From: Thermoanaerobaculia bacterium
GTDB lineage: Bacteria; Acidobacteriota; Thermoanaerobaculia; Multivoradales; Multivoraceae
DNA: 64,000 bases
Direction: 5' to 3'
NCBI GenBank assembly: GCA_963666565.1
Contig: OY762911.1
Coordinates: 4,064,001-4,128,000 of the forward strand
The position numbers and the translations under genes were made by a program. Under the pieces are notes generated by a model, which saw only the letters and a program-made list of their open reading frames with translations, was not told the origin of the DNA and made no database searches. Below, piece by piece: positions 1-9,863 of this stretch. Each line of letters begins with the position of its first letter. The first letter of the stretch is position 1.

Positions 1-1676
1 CTGTTCTCCCAGGCCGCGCCCGGCTGCGCCGAGTACTCGATGCCGTTGCCGAACGGGTTGTAGAACATGCAGTTGCCGACTCCCGGCTGGGCGCCGCCGG
101 TGTTCCCGAGCCGCATCCCCGACGGGCTCGTGTCGTCGGCCACCACGCCGACGCCGCAGTTCGCGCCGCCGTAGCCGCGGAAGGCGAGGAACTTGCGGTA
201 CGCGTACTCGGCCGGCTGGTTCATGTTGCCGGTCGTCCGCGAGTAGTTGACGCCCACGTCGAGGGTCGCCGCCTTGCCGCCGAGGGTCAGTTCGTGGTCG
301 ATCGAAGCCGCGAGGCGGGTCGTCTCGGTCGCCCGGCGCAGACCGCGCCCGGGACCCGAGTTCCCGACCAGGCGGCCGTAGAAGTACCAGTCGTCCTCCA
401 GGCACGCCTGCTCCGAGCCGAAGCCGGCGGACGAGAAGTCCGAACCGCACAGCGCCTGCCGCCCCGGGTGGATGCCGGGCACGACCTGCAGGCCGTCCAG
501 CAGGGACACCGGCGGGTAGGACGGCGTGGTCACGTAGTTCGGGATGATCGACTCCGCGAACAGCCCTTCCAGGTGGTAGCTCGTCCTGTCCGACAGCGGG
601 CCGTTCAGCTCGGCGAAGAACCGGTTGGTCTCCGTCGACTCGACCAGGCTGTCCCAGGCCTGGTAGCGGAAGGCGCAGGTGAAGCCGCGGTCGTAGCCGC
701 CGAGGCCGTTGCACGCCGGATCGACGAAGTAGTCCGTGCCGGCCGTGCCGTTGCGGGCGCGCGCCAGCTCCTCGACGAACGCGGAGGAGCTTTCGCCGCC
801 GGTCAGGTTCGGGCGCAGGAAGATGCCCGGATTGCCGGTGTTCGACCAGCCCCAGAACCAGCCGGTGGCGCGGTCCTTGAGCGTGTACGGCCGCTCCCGC
901 GCGCCGAGATGCGAGCGCTCGGCGCGCTCCAGCGAGAAGACGAGGTGGTGCTGCGAGTCGCCCAGCTTGCCGCCCCAGATGGCGCCCGCCGTCGAGTCGC
1001 CGGCGCCGTCCATGCTCTCGTGCGAGACGGCGGCCTCGAAGCCGGTGAACTGGTCGCGGGTGACGAAGTTGGCGACGCCGGCCACGGCGTCCGACCCGTA
1101 GATCGCCGCCGCGCCTTCCTTGAGCACCTCGACCCGGTCCATCGCGATGGAGGGGAAGGCGCTGATGTCGACGAAGCGGCCGCCGAACAGCCGCGCCGGC
1201 AGGGGCGCCTGGCGCCGGCCGTTGAGCAGCACGAGCGTCCGCGAGGCCCCCAGGCCCCGCAGGTTCACGTTGGCGACGCTCTCCGGCACCGCCGTGCCCT
1301 GGTCGTTGTACCAACTGTTCGCCTCGCCGATGACGCCGGACGAGGCGGTCAGGTTCTTGATCAGGTCGACCGCCTGCAACGAACCCTGCTCCTTCTGCAC
1401 TTCCCGGTTGACGACCTCGACCGCGTACGGGAGGTCGATGGCCGGTTCCTCGATCGCCGAGCCGGTGACGACGACGACCTCCTGGGCCTGGAACTCGAGA
1501 ACGCCTTCCTCGTCTCCGTTCTCGTCGCCTTCTTCGTCTTCCTGTGGCGAGGGAAGCGCTTCCGCCGGGGACCCGGCGGCGGCATCGCCCGCTGGGTCCG
1601 GCTCCGCCGCAACCCCGGCGCCGGCGACGCCGGCCAGGAGGAGAATCGAAATGGTCAGCAGCAACTGGGTACGCAT
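1..1676 (-). CDS. TonB-dependent receptor, N-terminal part (runs off window start)
   Basis: Not in the ORF track. Minus-strand reading from ATG 1676 gives a signal peptide (MRTQLLLTISILLLAG), a TonB-box-like EVVVVTGS, and plug motifs NVNLRGLGASRTLVLLNGRR and DRVEVLKEGAAAIYGSDAVAGVANFVTR; GGAGG Shine-Dalgarno (SD) upstream. Confidence 0.92.
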   Translation of the reverse strand, partial: MRTQLLLTISILLLAGVAGAGVAAEPDPAGDAAAGSPAEALPSPQEDEEGDENGDEEGVLEFQAQEVVVVTGSAIEEPAIDLPYAVEVVNREVQKEQGSLQAVDLIKNLTASSGVIGEANSWYNDQGTAVPESVANVNLRGLGASRTLVLLNGRRQAPLPARLFGGRFVDISAFPSIAMDRVEVLKEGAAAIYGSDAVAGVANFVTRDQFTGFEAAVSHESMDGAGDSTAGAIWGGKLGDSQHHLVFSLERAERSHLGARERPYTLKDRATGWFWGWSNTGNPGIFLRPNLTGGESSSAFVEELARARNGTAGTDYFVDPACNGLGGYDRGFTCAFRYQAWDSLVESTETNRFFAELNGPLSDRTSYHLEGLFAESIIPNYVTTPSYPPVSLLDGLQVVPGIHPGRQALCGSDFSSAGFGSEQACLEDDWYFYGRLVGNSGPGRGLRRATETTRLAASIDHELTLGGKAATLDVGVNYSRTTGNMNQPAEYAYRKFLAFRGYGGANCGVGVVADDTSPSGMRLGNTGGAQPGVGNCMFYNPFGNGIEYSAQPGAAWEN

Positions 1677-1772
1677 CGTGCCTCCTTGTCTCTCCAGAGG
1701 GAGTGAGCCTTGATCCGTGCGACGAATCGACGGCCGACGTCGACCTGCCGTCCCATGCAACCCGTAGCGAGC

Positions 1773-1786
1773 GCGAATCGTGTGCC
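1773..1786 (-). promoter_or_regulatory. possible sigma-54 (-24/-12) promoter of the TonB receptor
   Basis: Minus strand GGCACACGATTCGC fits GG-N10-GC and resembles TGGCAC-N5-TTGC; about 100 nt upstream of the start. Confidence 0.3.
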
Positions 1787-1950
1787 CAAGAGGATACACC
1801 CATGCCGCGCGGGCGCTCCGGATCTCGCCTCGGCGCCATGCCGCCCGGCCAGACCGCGTCGCCCGTACCTCCCGTACCAACCGCGTCGCCCGGACGAACC
1901 GCGCTGCAAGCCGGCCCCGTCAACTATGATCCCGCCACAGGAGGTTCAAG

Positions 1951-2397
1951 ATGTCCCGAACAGCCCACCGAGCGCTGCCCGCGGCCGTTTTCGCGCTGAC
2001 CCTGAGCGCGACCGGCCCGTCCGACGCCCATCACGCGTTCTCCGCCGAGTTCGACGCCAACCTGCCGATCAAGGTGGAGGGGACGATCACGATGGTCGAG
2101 TGGATCAACCCGCACGCTTGGGTCCACGTCCAGACCACGCTCGACAGCGGCGAGACCCTGACCTGGGAACTCGAGGCCGGAACGCCGAACACCCTGGTCC
2201 GCCGCGGCCTCACCCGCACCCTGCTCAAGCCCGGCACGGAAGTCGTCGTTCGCGGCTACCAGAGCAAGGACCAGATGTGTACGCCGAACTGCCGCGGCAG
2301 CGGCCGCGACATGAAGCTCCCCGACGGCCGCAGCCTGTTCATGGGCTCGTCCGGCACCGGCGCGCCGCGGGACGGCGCCGACCCGACCGAGCAGTAG
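1951..2397 (+). CDS. DUF6152-family secreted protein
   Basis: Signal peptide, then AHHAFSAEFD...VEWINPH...W.LE.G.PN.L.R.G; AGGAGG SD and TATGAT -10 upstream. Confidence 0.8.
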   Translation: MSRTAHRALPAAVFALTLSATGPSDAHHAFSAEFDANLPIKVEGTITMVEWINPHAWVHVQTTLDSGETLTWELEAGTPNTLVRRGLTRTLLKPGTEVVVRGYQSKDQMCTPNCRGSGRDMKLPDGRSLFMGSSGTGAPRDGADPTEQ

Positions 2398-2484
2398 CGG
2401 CACCCCCGGTGCGGCCCCTGGCCCCGGGGCGCCCTCCGGATGGCGTCCCGGCGCGATGGTCGCTACGGCGGCCGCGCCGCCCGA

Positions 2485-2604
2485 TCAGCCGTCGCCGGGT
2501 GCCTCGCTCGACTCCTCGTCGTCGTCCAGCACGCCGAAGGAGGCGACGATCTCCAGGCCGATGAACGCCACGGCCAGCAGGATGAAGAAGTCGAAGTCAC
2601 TCAT
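2485..2604 (-). CDS. small single-TM hypothetical protein
   Basis: MSDFDFFILLAVAFIGLEIVASFG followed by an acidic tail; codon usage looks host-like. Confidence 0.35.
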   Translation of the reverse strand: MSDFDFFILLAVAFIGLEIVASFGVLDDDEESSEAPGDG

Positions 2605-2737
2605 GAGTCGCTGTCTCTGATGAAGATGATCCGCGGAGTCCGCGCCGTGGCGTTGCCTCCGTGGATCATATGCCGTCCGGCAACGGCGCGCCAACCGGGG
2701 GCGTCGACCCGACCGCACCGGAGCGAGACCGCCGAGT

Positions 2738-2794
2738 TATAGGGAAGTTACCCCGGTTTATCGAAATCGGATAAACCGGGGTAACCTTCCTATA
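2738..2794. repeat. 57-bp AT-rich near-perfect palindrome (MITE or IS-end remnant)
   Basis: TATAGGGAAGTTACCCCGGTTTATC-gaaatcg-GATAAACCGGGGTAACCTTCCTATA. Confidence 0.7.
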
Positions 2795-2913
2795 CATGTC
2801 GCCGACAGCCGACTGATGGCCACGGGTTGGCTGGCCGTGAGTTCGATGACGAACTCCGAACCGTCTTCCTCGACGTACCGCTTCACCAGTGCGCTCGCGT
2901 CGAGAAACAGCAT
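2758..2913 (-). pseudogene. vapC: truncated VapC (PIN) toxin
   Basis: MLFLDASALVKRYVEEDGSEFV is a PIN N-terminus, TGATG-coupled to the antitoxin; only about 50 aa, breaking at the palindrome. Confidence 0.8.
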
Positions 2914-3197
2914 CAGAACCGATCGTCCCGTTCCTCGACGATGGTGTCCGCGACCGATTCGCCACGCACCTGTATCGGTTCGACCGACCGCGCGCGGCGC
3001 GCGGTCCCCAGGGTCACGAGTCCCCTGGCCGCGAGGTCGAGGAGTTTCTCCTCCTCGTTCGACGCGGCTTTCGGCAGCGGCCTGAGCTCGGCCACGGGTC
3101 GTCCTCGCTCGGTCACCAGAATCACCGATCCCTCGCGGACCCTTCGAAGGTACGTGCCCAGCCGCGTCTTGAGTTCTCTCGCTCCCACCGTCACCAT
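2913..3197 (-). CDS. Phd/YefM-family antitoxin
   Basis: MVTVGARELKTRLGTYLRRVREGSVILVTERGRPVAEL. Confidence 0.88.
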   Translation of the reverse strand: MVTVGARELKTRLGTYLRRVREGSVILVTERGRPVAELRPLPKAASNEEEKLLDLAARGLVTLGTARRARSVEPIQVRGESVADTIVEERDDRF

Positions 3198-3443
3198 GTG
3201 ACCATTGTAGGCACAAGCGTAAGGGCCGGGCAAGGACCGGCCCCGCTCAGGGAGCGCTCATGGGCCACCACCAGAACCGCCTCACATTGAAGAAGGCTCT
3301 ACCGACCGAACTCGGGTCGCTATGGACCGATCAAGCCAAGTCGCCGAACCACTCGAAAGGCCCACCTGCGGCAACACCGCCGCAATGGCGATCAGGGATC
3401 CCCGACTCCAACCGGCGGCGGCCACGGTCGCCGTGAGCGCCGC

Positions 3444-4523
3444 CTACGGATCCTGCTGATCCTGCTCTTCCTTCGCCGCTTCCAGCGCCTCCTGTGCCGC
3501 GTCGACGCGGTTCTGGCCGCCGTACCAGCTTGCCAGCCAGTCCTTGCCGTCTTCGGCGGTGCCCTGCTGCTCGCGGTGGCGGGCGCCGCGGAGCATGAGA
3601 GTCATGGCGCGGTTGCCTTCGTGGCAGGCGTACTCGAGGACCGGGTCGTCGGTGCGGCGCATCTCGATGGCGCTCGTCCAGGGCGCTTCGAAGGACTCGG
3701 GGTCGTCGACGGTGTACTCGTAGAGGAGGGCGTCGGGGCCGGTGCGGGTGAAGCGCTCGGTCAGGACCAGGTTCGGACCGGTGCCGCGGTAGGCGGTGTG
3801 CTCGGTGTAGTTCTTCGTCGTCACGACGAAGGTGTCGCCGTCCCAGACACCTGAGGAGTCGCCCTTCCAGAAACGCATGCTCTCGTCGACGTGCTCGCGG
3901 CCGTCGGTGGGGATGACGCGGTGGTCGTTGATCATCTCGGTCATGATCGCGACGTAGCCCCGCGACTGGAAGATCTCCATCATGTTGTTGTAGGCGCCGG
4001 GGGTCACCGGCGGGCCGGCGTTGAAGCCGACGATGCAGCGCTCGTAGGAGTTGCGCTCTTCCGGGCCGGCCGGGGGCTGGCCCCAGAGGGCGTAGCGCTC
4101 GTTCGCGCGGCGGATGGCGCCGTCCGTCATCTTCGGCAGGCGGCCGTTCGGCGGATCGACGATCAGGGAAGTGCGCATCGTGCCGGAGACCTTGTCGCCG
4201 AGGTCGAGCCAGAAGGAGTTGTAGCCGACGTCGACGTCGCCCTGGCTGGGATCGACGTCCTGTACGCCGGACGCCGCCCGCGCTGCGCGCTGCTGACGCC
4301 GCTGCTCTTCCAGTTCGGCAGCCTCTTCGGCGGTGAGCGTCGCCTTGTCGCCGAAGGCGGCAGGCCGCTCGAGCGGCGTGATCGAGCGGTAGTCCCAGGT
4401 GCCCTGCAGGTCCGGAACGCCCCAGGACGTGACGAGCTTCTCATCCTCGGCGTACGCGGCCCCGGTGACAACCAGGACAGCCGCGACGAAAGTGACGGTG
4501 CTTGCGGACAGTCGGTGCTTCAT
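3444..4523 (-). CDS. secreted 'PDLxGxW...EYACHEGN' family protein (paralog 1)
   Basis: Signal peptide MKHRLSAST..., WGVPDLQGTWD, TPLERP, ERC, YNN, GDS.G.WDGDT, EYACHEGN; AAGGAG SD. Confidence 0.85.
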   Translation of the reverse strand: MKHRLSASTVTFVAAVLVVTGAAYAEDEKLVTSWGVPDLQGTWDYRSITPLERPAAFGDKATLTAEEAAELEEQRRQQRAARAASGVQDVDPSQGDVDVGYNSFWLDLGDKVSGTMRTSLIVDPPNGRLPKMTDGAIRRANERYALWGQPPAGPEERNSYERCIVGFNAGPPVTPGAYNNMMEIFQSRGYVAIMTEMINDHRVIPTDGREHVDESMRFWKGDSSGVWDGDTFVVTTKNYTEHTAYRGTGPNLVLTERFTRTGPDALLYEYTVDDPESFEAPWTSAIEMRRTDDPVLEYACHEGNRAMTLMLRGARHREQQGTAEDGKDWLASWYGGQNRVDAAQEALEAAKEEQDQQDP

Positions 4524-4537
4524 GACTTCGACTCCTT

Positions 4538-5353
4538 TCACTCTGGCGTCGCCCCGCGGCGCAGATGGCCGTAGGCCGCGTCCTCTCCCCCGAGCGGAAT
4601 GCACTTGAACTCGAGCAGGCGCGCGTTCTCTTCAAGGCGCCTGTAGAGCGGCATGCTGATCGTCCACGGCTCGGTGAACACGTTCGGATCGGTGATCGTT
4701 GCCTCGTAGTGCATCGAGTCCGGTCCGGTGCGCGTGTAGCGTTCGACGACCTGGAGCTCCTCGCTGTGGAAGTTGCCGGAGGCGTCGAACCAGGTGTCGG
4801 GGACCTGGTCCGTGACCTCGACCACCAGGGTGTCGCCCTCCCAGTGCCCGAGCGAGTAGCCCATCCAGGACGGCAATACCGCCCGCGTGCCGGGCCGGTC
4901 GAGGCGGACCGGGCGGCTGTTGCCGCCCCACTCATAGGCGAAGAAGACCGCCTTCGGCGTCTGCACGATCTGGAACGGCAGCGGCATGTAGGTGGCGCGC
5001 GGAATGCCGGGGATGAAGCACTTCGCCGCCGGGTCCAGGTTCAGCCAGTCGGCCCGGTTCGCGTTACGCTGCTCGAGCGCCCAGTCCTGGTAGGGAATCT
5101 CGCCGCCCTCGACCACGCTCAGCCCGGCCGGGATCGCGCCCAGGGCGCCGTACGCCGGGACCGGCGTGCGCCGCGCGTGGTGCGCTTCGAGGTCCCAGTG
5201 GGCGCTGTTCATCGCCTGCCAGATGCCGTTCAGATCGGGATTGCCGTCGGGCGTCCTGGGCGCCTCCCAGGCGCCGTCCTGTGCCTGCACCACCGCAGAC
5301 ACGACCAGAAGCAGCATCGCCGACAGCGACACGGCCAGACTGTGCTTGTGCAT
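4538..5353 (-). CDS. secreted protein of the same superfamily (short variant, paralog 2)
   Basis: Signal peptide, TPDGNPDLNGIWQ, AKCFIPGIPR, GYSLGHWEGDTLVV, LLEFKC. Confidence 0.85.
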   Translation of the reverse strand: MHKHSLAVSLSAMLLLVVSAVVQAQDGAWEAPRTPDGNPDLNGIWQAMNSAHWDLEAHHARRTPVPAYGALGAIPAGLSVVEGGEIPYQDWALEQRNANRADWLNLDPAAKCFIPGIPRATYMPLPFQIVQTPKAVFFAYEWGGNSRPVRLDRPGTRAVLPSWMGYSLGHWEGDTLVVEVTDQVPDTWFDASGNFHSEELQVVERYTRTGPDSMHYEATITDPNVFTEPWTISMPLYRRLEENARLLEFKCIPLGGEDAAYGHLRRGATPE

Positions 5354-5423
5354 GGATGGGGACTATAGCGAAGGTCGCGGCGACGGGCAGCGGCTGCTAC
5401 CGCCGCTCCGCGGCCCGGCGGAT

Positions 5424-5449
5424 GCGGGTCAGAAGACCCGCGCACCCAG
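5424..5449 (+). repeat. REP-like hairpin copy
   Basis: GCGGGTC-AGAA-GACCCGC-GCACCCAG. Confidence 0.85.
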
Positions 5450-5469
5450 CACGCGGCGACGGCGACTCC

Positions 5470-7626
5470 CTACGGCAGGCGGAAGACGAACAGGCCGTTG
5501 CCGGTCCGCGGATAGCGGATCTCCGGGCTGACCCGGGCCGGGACGAAGCGCGGACTGCCGCCGCCGAGCCCGGTCGACACGGCCACGTACTGGACGCCGT
5601 CGACTTCGTAGCTGACGGGGAAGCCCTGCACCGAGGTCGGCAGGCGGGTGCCCCACAACTCCTCGCCCGTCGCCGTGTCCCACGCGCGGAATCGCCGGTC
5701 GATGTCGCCGGCGAAGACGACGCCGCCGGCCGTGGTCAGGGCCGCGGTGAGAAAGGCAGGCCGCTGCTCGATGCTCCAGACCTCCTCCATCGTGTCCACG
5801 TCGTAGGCCGCGAGCTTGCCGAGGCGTCCCTCCGTACCGGGCATCTCGAACCACTTCCGGTCCGCCCGCTCGCCTCCCGCCCCCTCTTCGAAGCGCGGCT
5901 CGCGGCCGGAGATGTCGAGGCAGCTCTGGCTCAGCGGCACGACCAGCAACCCGTGCGCGGGACTGTAGGAGGAGGCCTGCCAGTTGTGGCCCCCGGCCGT
6001 GCTGGGACAGACCGAAACCCACTCCCCGACTTCGGCCGACGCGATGTCCTCGCGGTAGCGGACCTCACCGGTCTCGCGGTCGATGTGGTCGAAGACGTTC
6101 TGGAACACCATTTCCTCGAGCGCGACGAAGGAGCCGTCCGTACGGTCGAGCTTCCACAGGATGCCGTGCTTGCCGGAGGTGAGCAGCAGCCGCCGGCCGC
6201 CGCGGTCGATCAGGACCTGCTCGAACGCCTCGTCGAGGTCGAGGGCTTCGCCGGGCACGTGCTGGCGGTAGAAGACGATTTCCCCGTCGCCAGGGCGCAT
6301 CGCCAGGGTCGAGTTCGTGTACAGCACCTCGTGGTCGATCGTCAGCCCACGGCTCGCGGGTACCCACGGCTTGGCCTGCGCCACCGGCCAGTAGACGAGT
6401 TGCAAGTCAGGGTCGTAGCTGCCTGGAATCCAGGAGTCGCCGCCGCCCCGCAGCATGAGCGGCAGCTCGCCCCAGGTGTCGCCGCCGGGCTCGCCGGGCC
6501 GGGCGACGGTGTAGGTGCGCCACCGCTCCTCGCCCGTCTCGGCGTCGTGAGCGGTGATGAAGCAACTGTCCTCGTGGTAGCGGATGCAGCCGTTGATGCC
6601 GTTGATCACCAAACCCTCGACCACGATCGGGCCGCTGGTGTTCGAGTAGCGCTTCGCCGGATCGGCAATCTGCGTCTCCCAGACAGGCCGCCCGTTCCGG
6701 GCGTCGAGCGCGAGCATGGCCGCGTCCTTCGTGGCGACGAAGACCTTGTCGCCCCGGATCGCGAGGTTGCGGAGCTGGTTGAACCCGCGCGCCAGGTCGC
6801 CCTCCAGCCCGCGGTCGTACTCCCAGATCAGCGTGCCCGTGTCGGCCTCCAGCGCCTGGATGATGTTCCCCGGGTTGGCCAGGTACATGACTCCGCGGTA
6901 GACCAGCGGTGTCGGCTGATTCACGCCATCCGCCATCGCCCAGGACCAGGCCATCCGCAGGTCGCCGACGTTGTCCGGGTCGATCTGATCCAGCGGGCTG
7001 TGGCCCTGACCGTCGTAGGTCCGCCGGAACATCAGCCAGTCGCCGGGGTCCGGGTCGAGCAGCATCCCGGTCGTCACCGGCTCGAAGTCCTCGATCTCCC
7101 GTTCCCCGGGCGGCGTGACGTGCTCCTCCTCCGCTTCGGCAAGAGCGCTGACGTCGCGTTCCGCGGCCACGGCTGCGTCCCTCGGGGAGGCGGCTGCACC
7201 CCCCAACCCCAGACTGCCCAGTGAGACGGCGAGACCGGAGCTGTCCGGCATCAGCGCTTCATCGCCGGCGGATGCGCCGTTTCGTAGCAGCACGAAGGCA
7301 GCGAGGTCGAAGGTCTGCTGCGGCGTCAGAGAGTTCCGGTTCTCCGGCGGCATCGTGACCCGGATCGTGTCCGCGAGATCGACGACGGCGCCGGCGCCCC
7401 AGGCGTCGAGAAAGTCCACGCCGACCAAGGGAGGCGCCTCGTTCGCGCCGGCCAGGCTGGAGAGGTGGCACTCGACGCAGATCTCCTCGTAGAGCGCCCG
7501 TCCACGCTCCGCCTGCTCGGCGGTGAAGACTCGCAACGGCTCGACCGGCGGTTGCGCGCCGGCGACCGCAACGGCCGCCAGGAGCACCCCGGCAGTTCCA
7601 AGCAAAACGGGACGTCGGGACGCCAC
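5470..7626 (-). CDS. PQQ-dependent dehydrogenase with N-terminal cytochrome c domain
   Basis: Likely GTG start at 7626; CVECH heme motif; [32 protein letters not shown]-docking repeats, [26 protein letters not shown]. Confidence 0.9.
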   Translation of the reverse strand: MASRRPVLLGTAGVLLAAVAVAGAQPPVEPLRVFTAEQAERGRALYEEICVECHLSSLAGANEAPPLVGVDFLDAWGAGAVVDLADTIRVTMPPENRNSLTPQQTFDLAAFVLLRNGASAGDEALMPDSSGLAVSLGSLGLGGAAASPRDAAVAAERDVSALAEAEEEHVTPPGEREIEDFEPVTTGMLLDPDPGDWLMFRRTYDGQGHSPLDQIDPDNVGDLRMAWSWAMADGVNQPTPLVYRGVMYLANPGNIIQALEADTGTLIWEYDRGLEGDLARGFNQLRNLAIRGDKVFVATKDAAMLALDARNGRPVWETQIADPAKRYSNTSGPIVVEGLVINGINGCIRYHEDSCFITAHDAETGEERWRTYTVARPGEPGGDTWGELPLMLRGGGDSWIPGSYDPDLQLVYWPVAQAKPWVPASRGLTIDHEVLYTNSTLAMRPGDGEIVFYRQHVPGEALDLDEAFEQVLIDRGGRRLLLTSGKHGILWKLDRTDGSFVALEEMVFQNVFDHIDRETGEVRYREDIASAEVGEWVSVCPSTAGGHNWQASSYSPAHGLLVVPLSQSCLDISGREPRFEEGAGGERADRKWFEMPGTEGRLGKLAAYDVDTMEEVWSIEQRPAFLTAALTTAGGVVFAGDIDRRFRAWDTATGEELWGTRLPTSVQGFPVSYEVDGVQYVAVSTGLGGGSPRFVPARVSPEIRYPRTGNGLFVFRLP

Positions 7627-7640
7627 TGTTTCGCCCGCGA

Positions 7641-7666
7641 GCGGGTCGGAAGACCCGCGCACCCAG
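7641..7666 (+). repeat. REP-like hairpin copy
   Basis: GCGGGTCGGAAGACCCGCGCACCCAG. Confidence 0.85.
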
Positions 7667-7714
7667 GATTCGGCTCGGCAGCCCCTTCCGGGCAACCCAC
7701 GTACACTCCGCGCC

Positions 7715-8722
7715 ATGGCCCGCATACTAGTTGTCGGCGGCACCGGCCCCACCGGCCCGCCGATCGTCAACAACTTCCTCCACGCCGGTTTCGACGTCTC
7801 CATCTTCCACTCCGGCCGCCACCCGGCCGAGTTCGACGGTCCCGTCGAGCGCATCCTGGGCAACGCCCGCGACGCGGACGACATCCGCGCCAAGCTCGCG
7901 TCGCGCGAGTGGGACATCGCGGTGTGCATGTACGGCCGCCTGCGAACGCTGGCCGACGAACTCGCGGGAAAGACGAAGCGCCTCGTCGGCATCACCGGCC
8001 AGCCGGTCTACAGGGGGTCGCAGCCGCCGACGCCCGAGGGCCGCATCCCGCTGCCGGTGCCGGAGTTTGCGCCCCGCCAGTACGACGCGAAGAACTACAC
8101 GGGCAAGGTGGCGGCCGGCGAAGACCAGCTCTTCGAGCAGCACGGCCGCGGCGACTTCGAGGTCGTCATCCTGCGCTATCCCGGCGTCTACGGCCCGCGT
8201 ACGCCGATGAACCACGAGTGGGCGGTGGTCAGGCGCATCCTCGACCGCCGGCCGTTCATGATCCTCCCCCACGACGGCGTGACCTACTTCCAGCGCGGCT
8301 ACGCGGAGAACCTGGCGCGCCTCGTCTTCCTCGCCGCGACCCGGCCCGAGGCGGCGGGCGAGGCGTTCAACGCCGGCGACGAACGCGTCATCAGTTGCCG
8401 CGCCGTGGCCGAGGTCATCATCGACGAACTGGGCTCCGACATGGAACTGATCGGCGTGCCGGCGCCCTTCTGCCGAGGCGTCTTCCCGCTTGCCGAGAAG
8501 TCCAACCAACTGCTCGACATGTCGAAGGCCCGCAACCTGCTCGGCTACCGCGACGTGGTCGATCCGGAGACGGCGACCCGCGCCACGGCGCGCCATCTGC
8601 GCGACGACCCGCCGGCCGAGAAGGATCTCTACGCCGCGGGAACCGGCCGGTTCGACTACGAGCGGGAGGACCGGATCGTCGAACGCTGGCGGCGCGCGCA
8701 GGCGCTGATGAGCGAAGACTGA
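7715..8722 (+). CDS. NAD-dependent epimerase/dehydratase-family (atypical SDR) protein
   Basis: [11 protein letters not shown] Rossmann motif, [13 protein letters not shown]; TACACT-N7-ATG start. Confidence 0.85.
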   Translation: MARILVVGGTGPTGPPIVNNFLHAGFDVSIFHSGRHPAEFDGPVERILGNARDADDIRAKLASREWDIAVCMYGRLRTLADELAGKTKRLVGITGQPVYRGSQPPTPEGRIPLPVPEFAPRQYDAKNYTGKVAAGEDQLFEQHGRGDFEVVILRYPGVYGPRTPMNHEWAVVRRILDRRPFMILPHDGVTYFQRGYAENLARLVFLAATRPEAAGEAFNAGDERVISCRAVAEVIIDELGSDMELIGVPAPFCRGVFPLAEKSNQLLDMSKARNLLGYRDVVDPETATRATARHLRDDPPAEKDLYAAGTGRFDYEREDRIVERWRRAQALMSED

Positions 8723-8779
8723 GGCGGCCGCCGACTTGATAGCCTCGCAACCACCGAACGCGTTACGGAGGAGTCACCG

Positions 8780-9772
8780 ATGATCGGACGGACCACGCTC
8801 GCTCTCACCGTGGCGGCCGCGCTGCTCGCGGCGCCCGCACTGGCAGCCGACGACTGGGAGACGCCGCGCACTCCCTGGGGCCACCCGGACCTGCAGGGCC
8901 TGTGGACGAACACGACCCTGACCCCCTTCGAGCGGCCGGTCGAGATGGGCGACAAGGCGTTCCTGACCGAGGAGGAGGTCGCTCAGGCCGAGGCGGCCCG
9001 CCAGGCGATGATCCAGAACCGGGCGGACCAGCCCGCGCAGAAGGCGGAGGCCGGCCAGAACGTCGGCGCCTACAACCTGCACTGGCTGGAACTCGGCACG
9101 AAGATCGTCGGCAGCAGGCGGACCTCCCTGGTCGTCGATCCGCCGAGCGGCCGCGTGCCGGTGCGGCCCGAGGCGCAGCAGGTGCGGGCCGACAACCTGG
9201 TCAAGATGTTCGACTCGTACGAACACATGAGCGTCTGGGACCGCTGCATCACCCGCGGCGTCCCCGGGCACCTCTTCCCGGCCGGCTACAACAACAACTA
9301 CCGGATCGCCCAGACGCCCGAGTACGTCGTCATCTACTCCGAGATGATCAACGACGTCCGCTTCATCCCGGTCGACGGCCGCGAGCGGATCCCCGAGGAC
9401 CTCCACCTCTGGAACGGCGACTCCCGCGGCCACTGGGACGGCGACACGCTCGTCGTCGAGACGAGGAACTTCTCCGACAAGGGCTGGATCGCCACCAGCG
9501 GCTCCCAGGGCCGGATCAAGGGGATCCCGGTCAGCACCGAGCTCGTCACGGTGGAGCGCTTCGCGCGCGTCGACGAGCACACCGTGGACTGGACGGTCAC
9601 GATCGAGGATCCGGTCAACTACACGGACGCCTGGACGGTGAACATCCCGCTCTACTTCGACCCGGACAACGAGATGTTCGAGTACGCCTGCCACGAAGGC
9701 AACTGGGCGGTCTACAACACGTTGAGCGGCGCCCGCCACCTGGAGAAGACGGGCGAGGACAGCAGCCCGTAG
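8780..9772 (+). CDS. secreted 'PDLxGxW...EYACHEGN' family protein (paralog 3)
   Basis: Signal peptide, TPWGHPDLQGLWT, DRCITRG, YNNNY, GDSRGHWDGDT, FEYACHEGN; GGAGGAG SD. Confidence 0.87.
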   Translation: MIGRTTLALTVAAALLAAPALAADDWETPRTPWGHPDLQGLWTNTTLTPFERPVEMGDKAFLTEEEVAQAEAARQAMIQNRADQPAQKAEAGQNVGAYNLHWLELGTKIVGSRRTSLVVDPPSGRVPVRPEAQQVRADNLVKMFDSYEHMSVWDRCITRGVPGHLFPAGYNNNYRIAQTPEYVVIYSEMINDVRFIPVDGRERIPEDLHLWNGDSRGHWDGDTLVVETRNFSDKGWIATSGSQGRIKGIPVSTELVTVERFARVDEHTVDWTVTIEDPVNYTDAWTVNIPLYFDPDNEMFEYACHEGNWAVYNTLSGARHLEKTGEDSSP

Positions 9773-9863
9773 ACGCGTCCGTCCGCGAGAGCGCCGCCAG
9801 TCCGCGCCCCGCGAGGAACCAGGCGACGCGACCGCGATCTCACGCAGCGCGAGGAACCACAAG

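Noticed and set aside
294-1706. 470-aa plus-strand ORF
   Set aside because: Antisense shadow of the TonB receptor on the minus strand.
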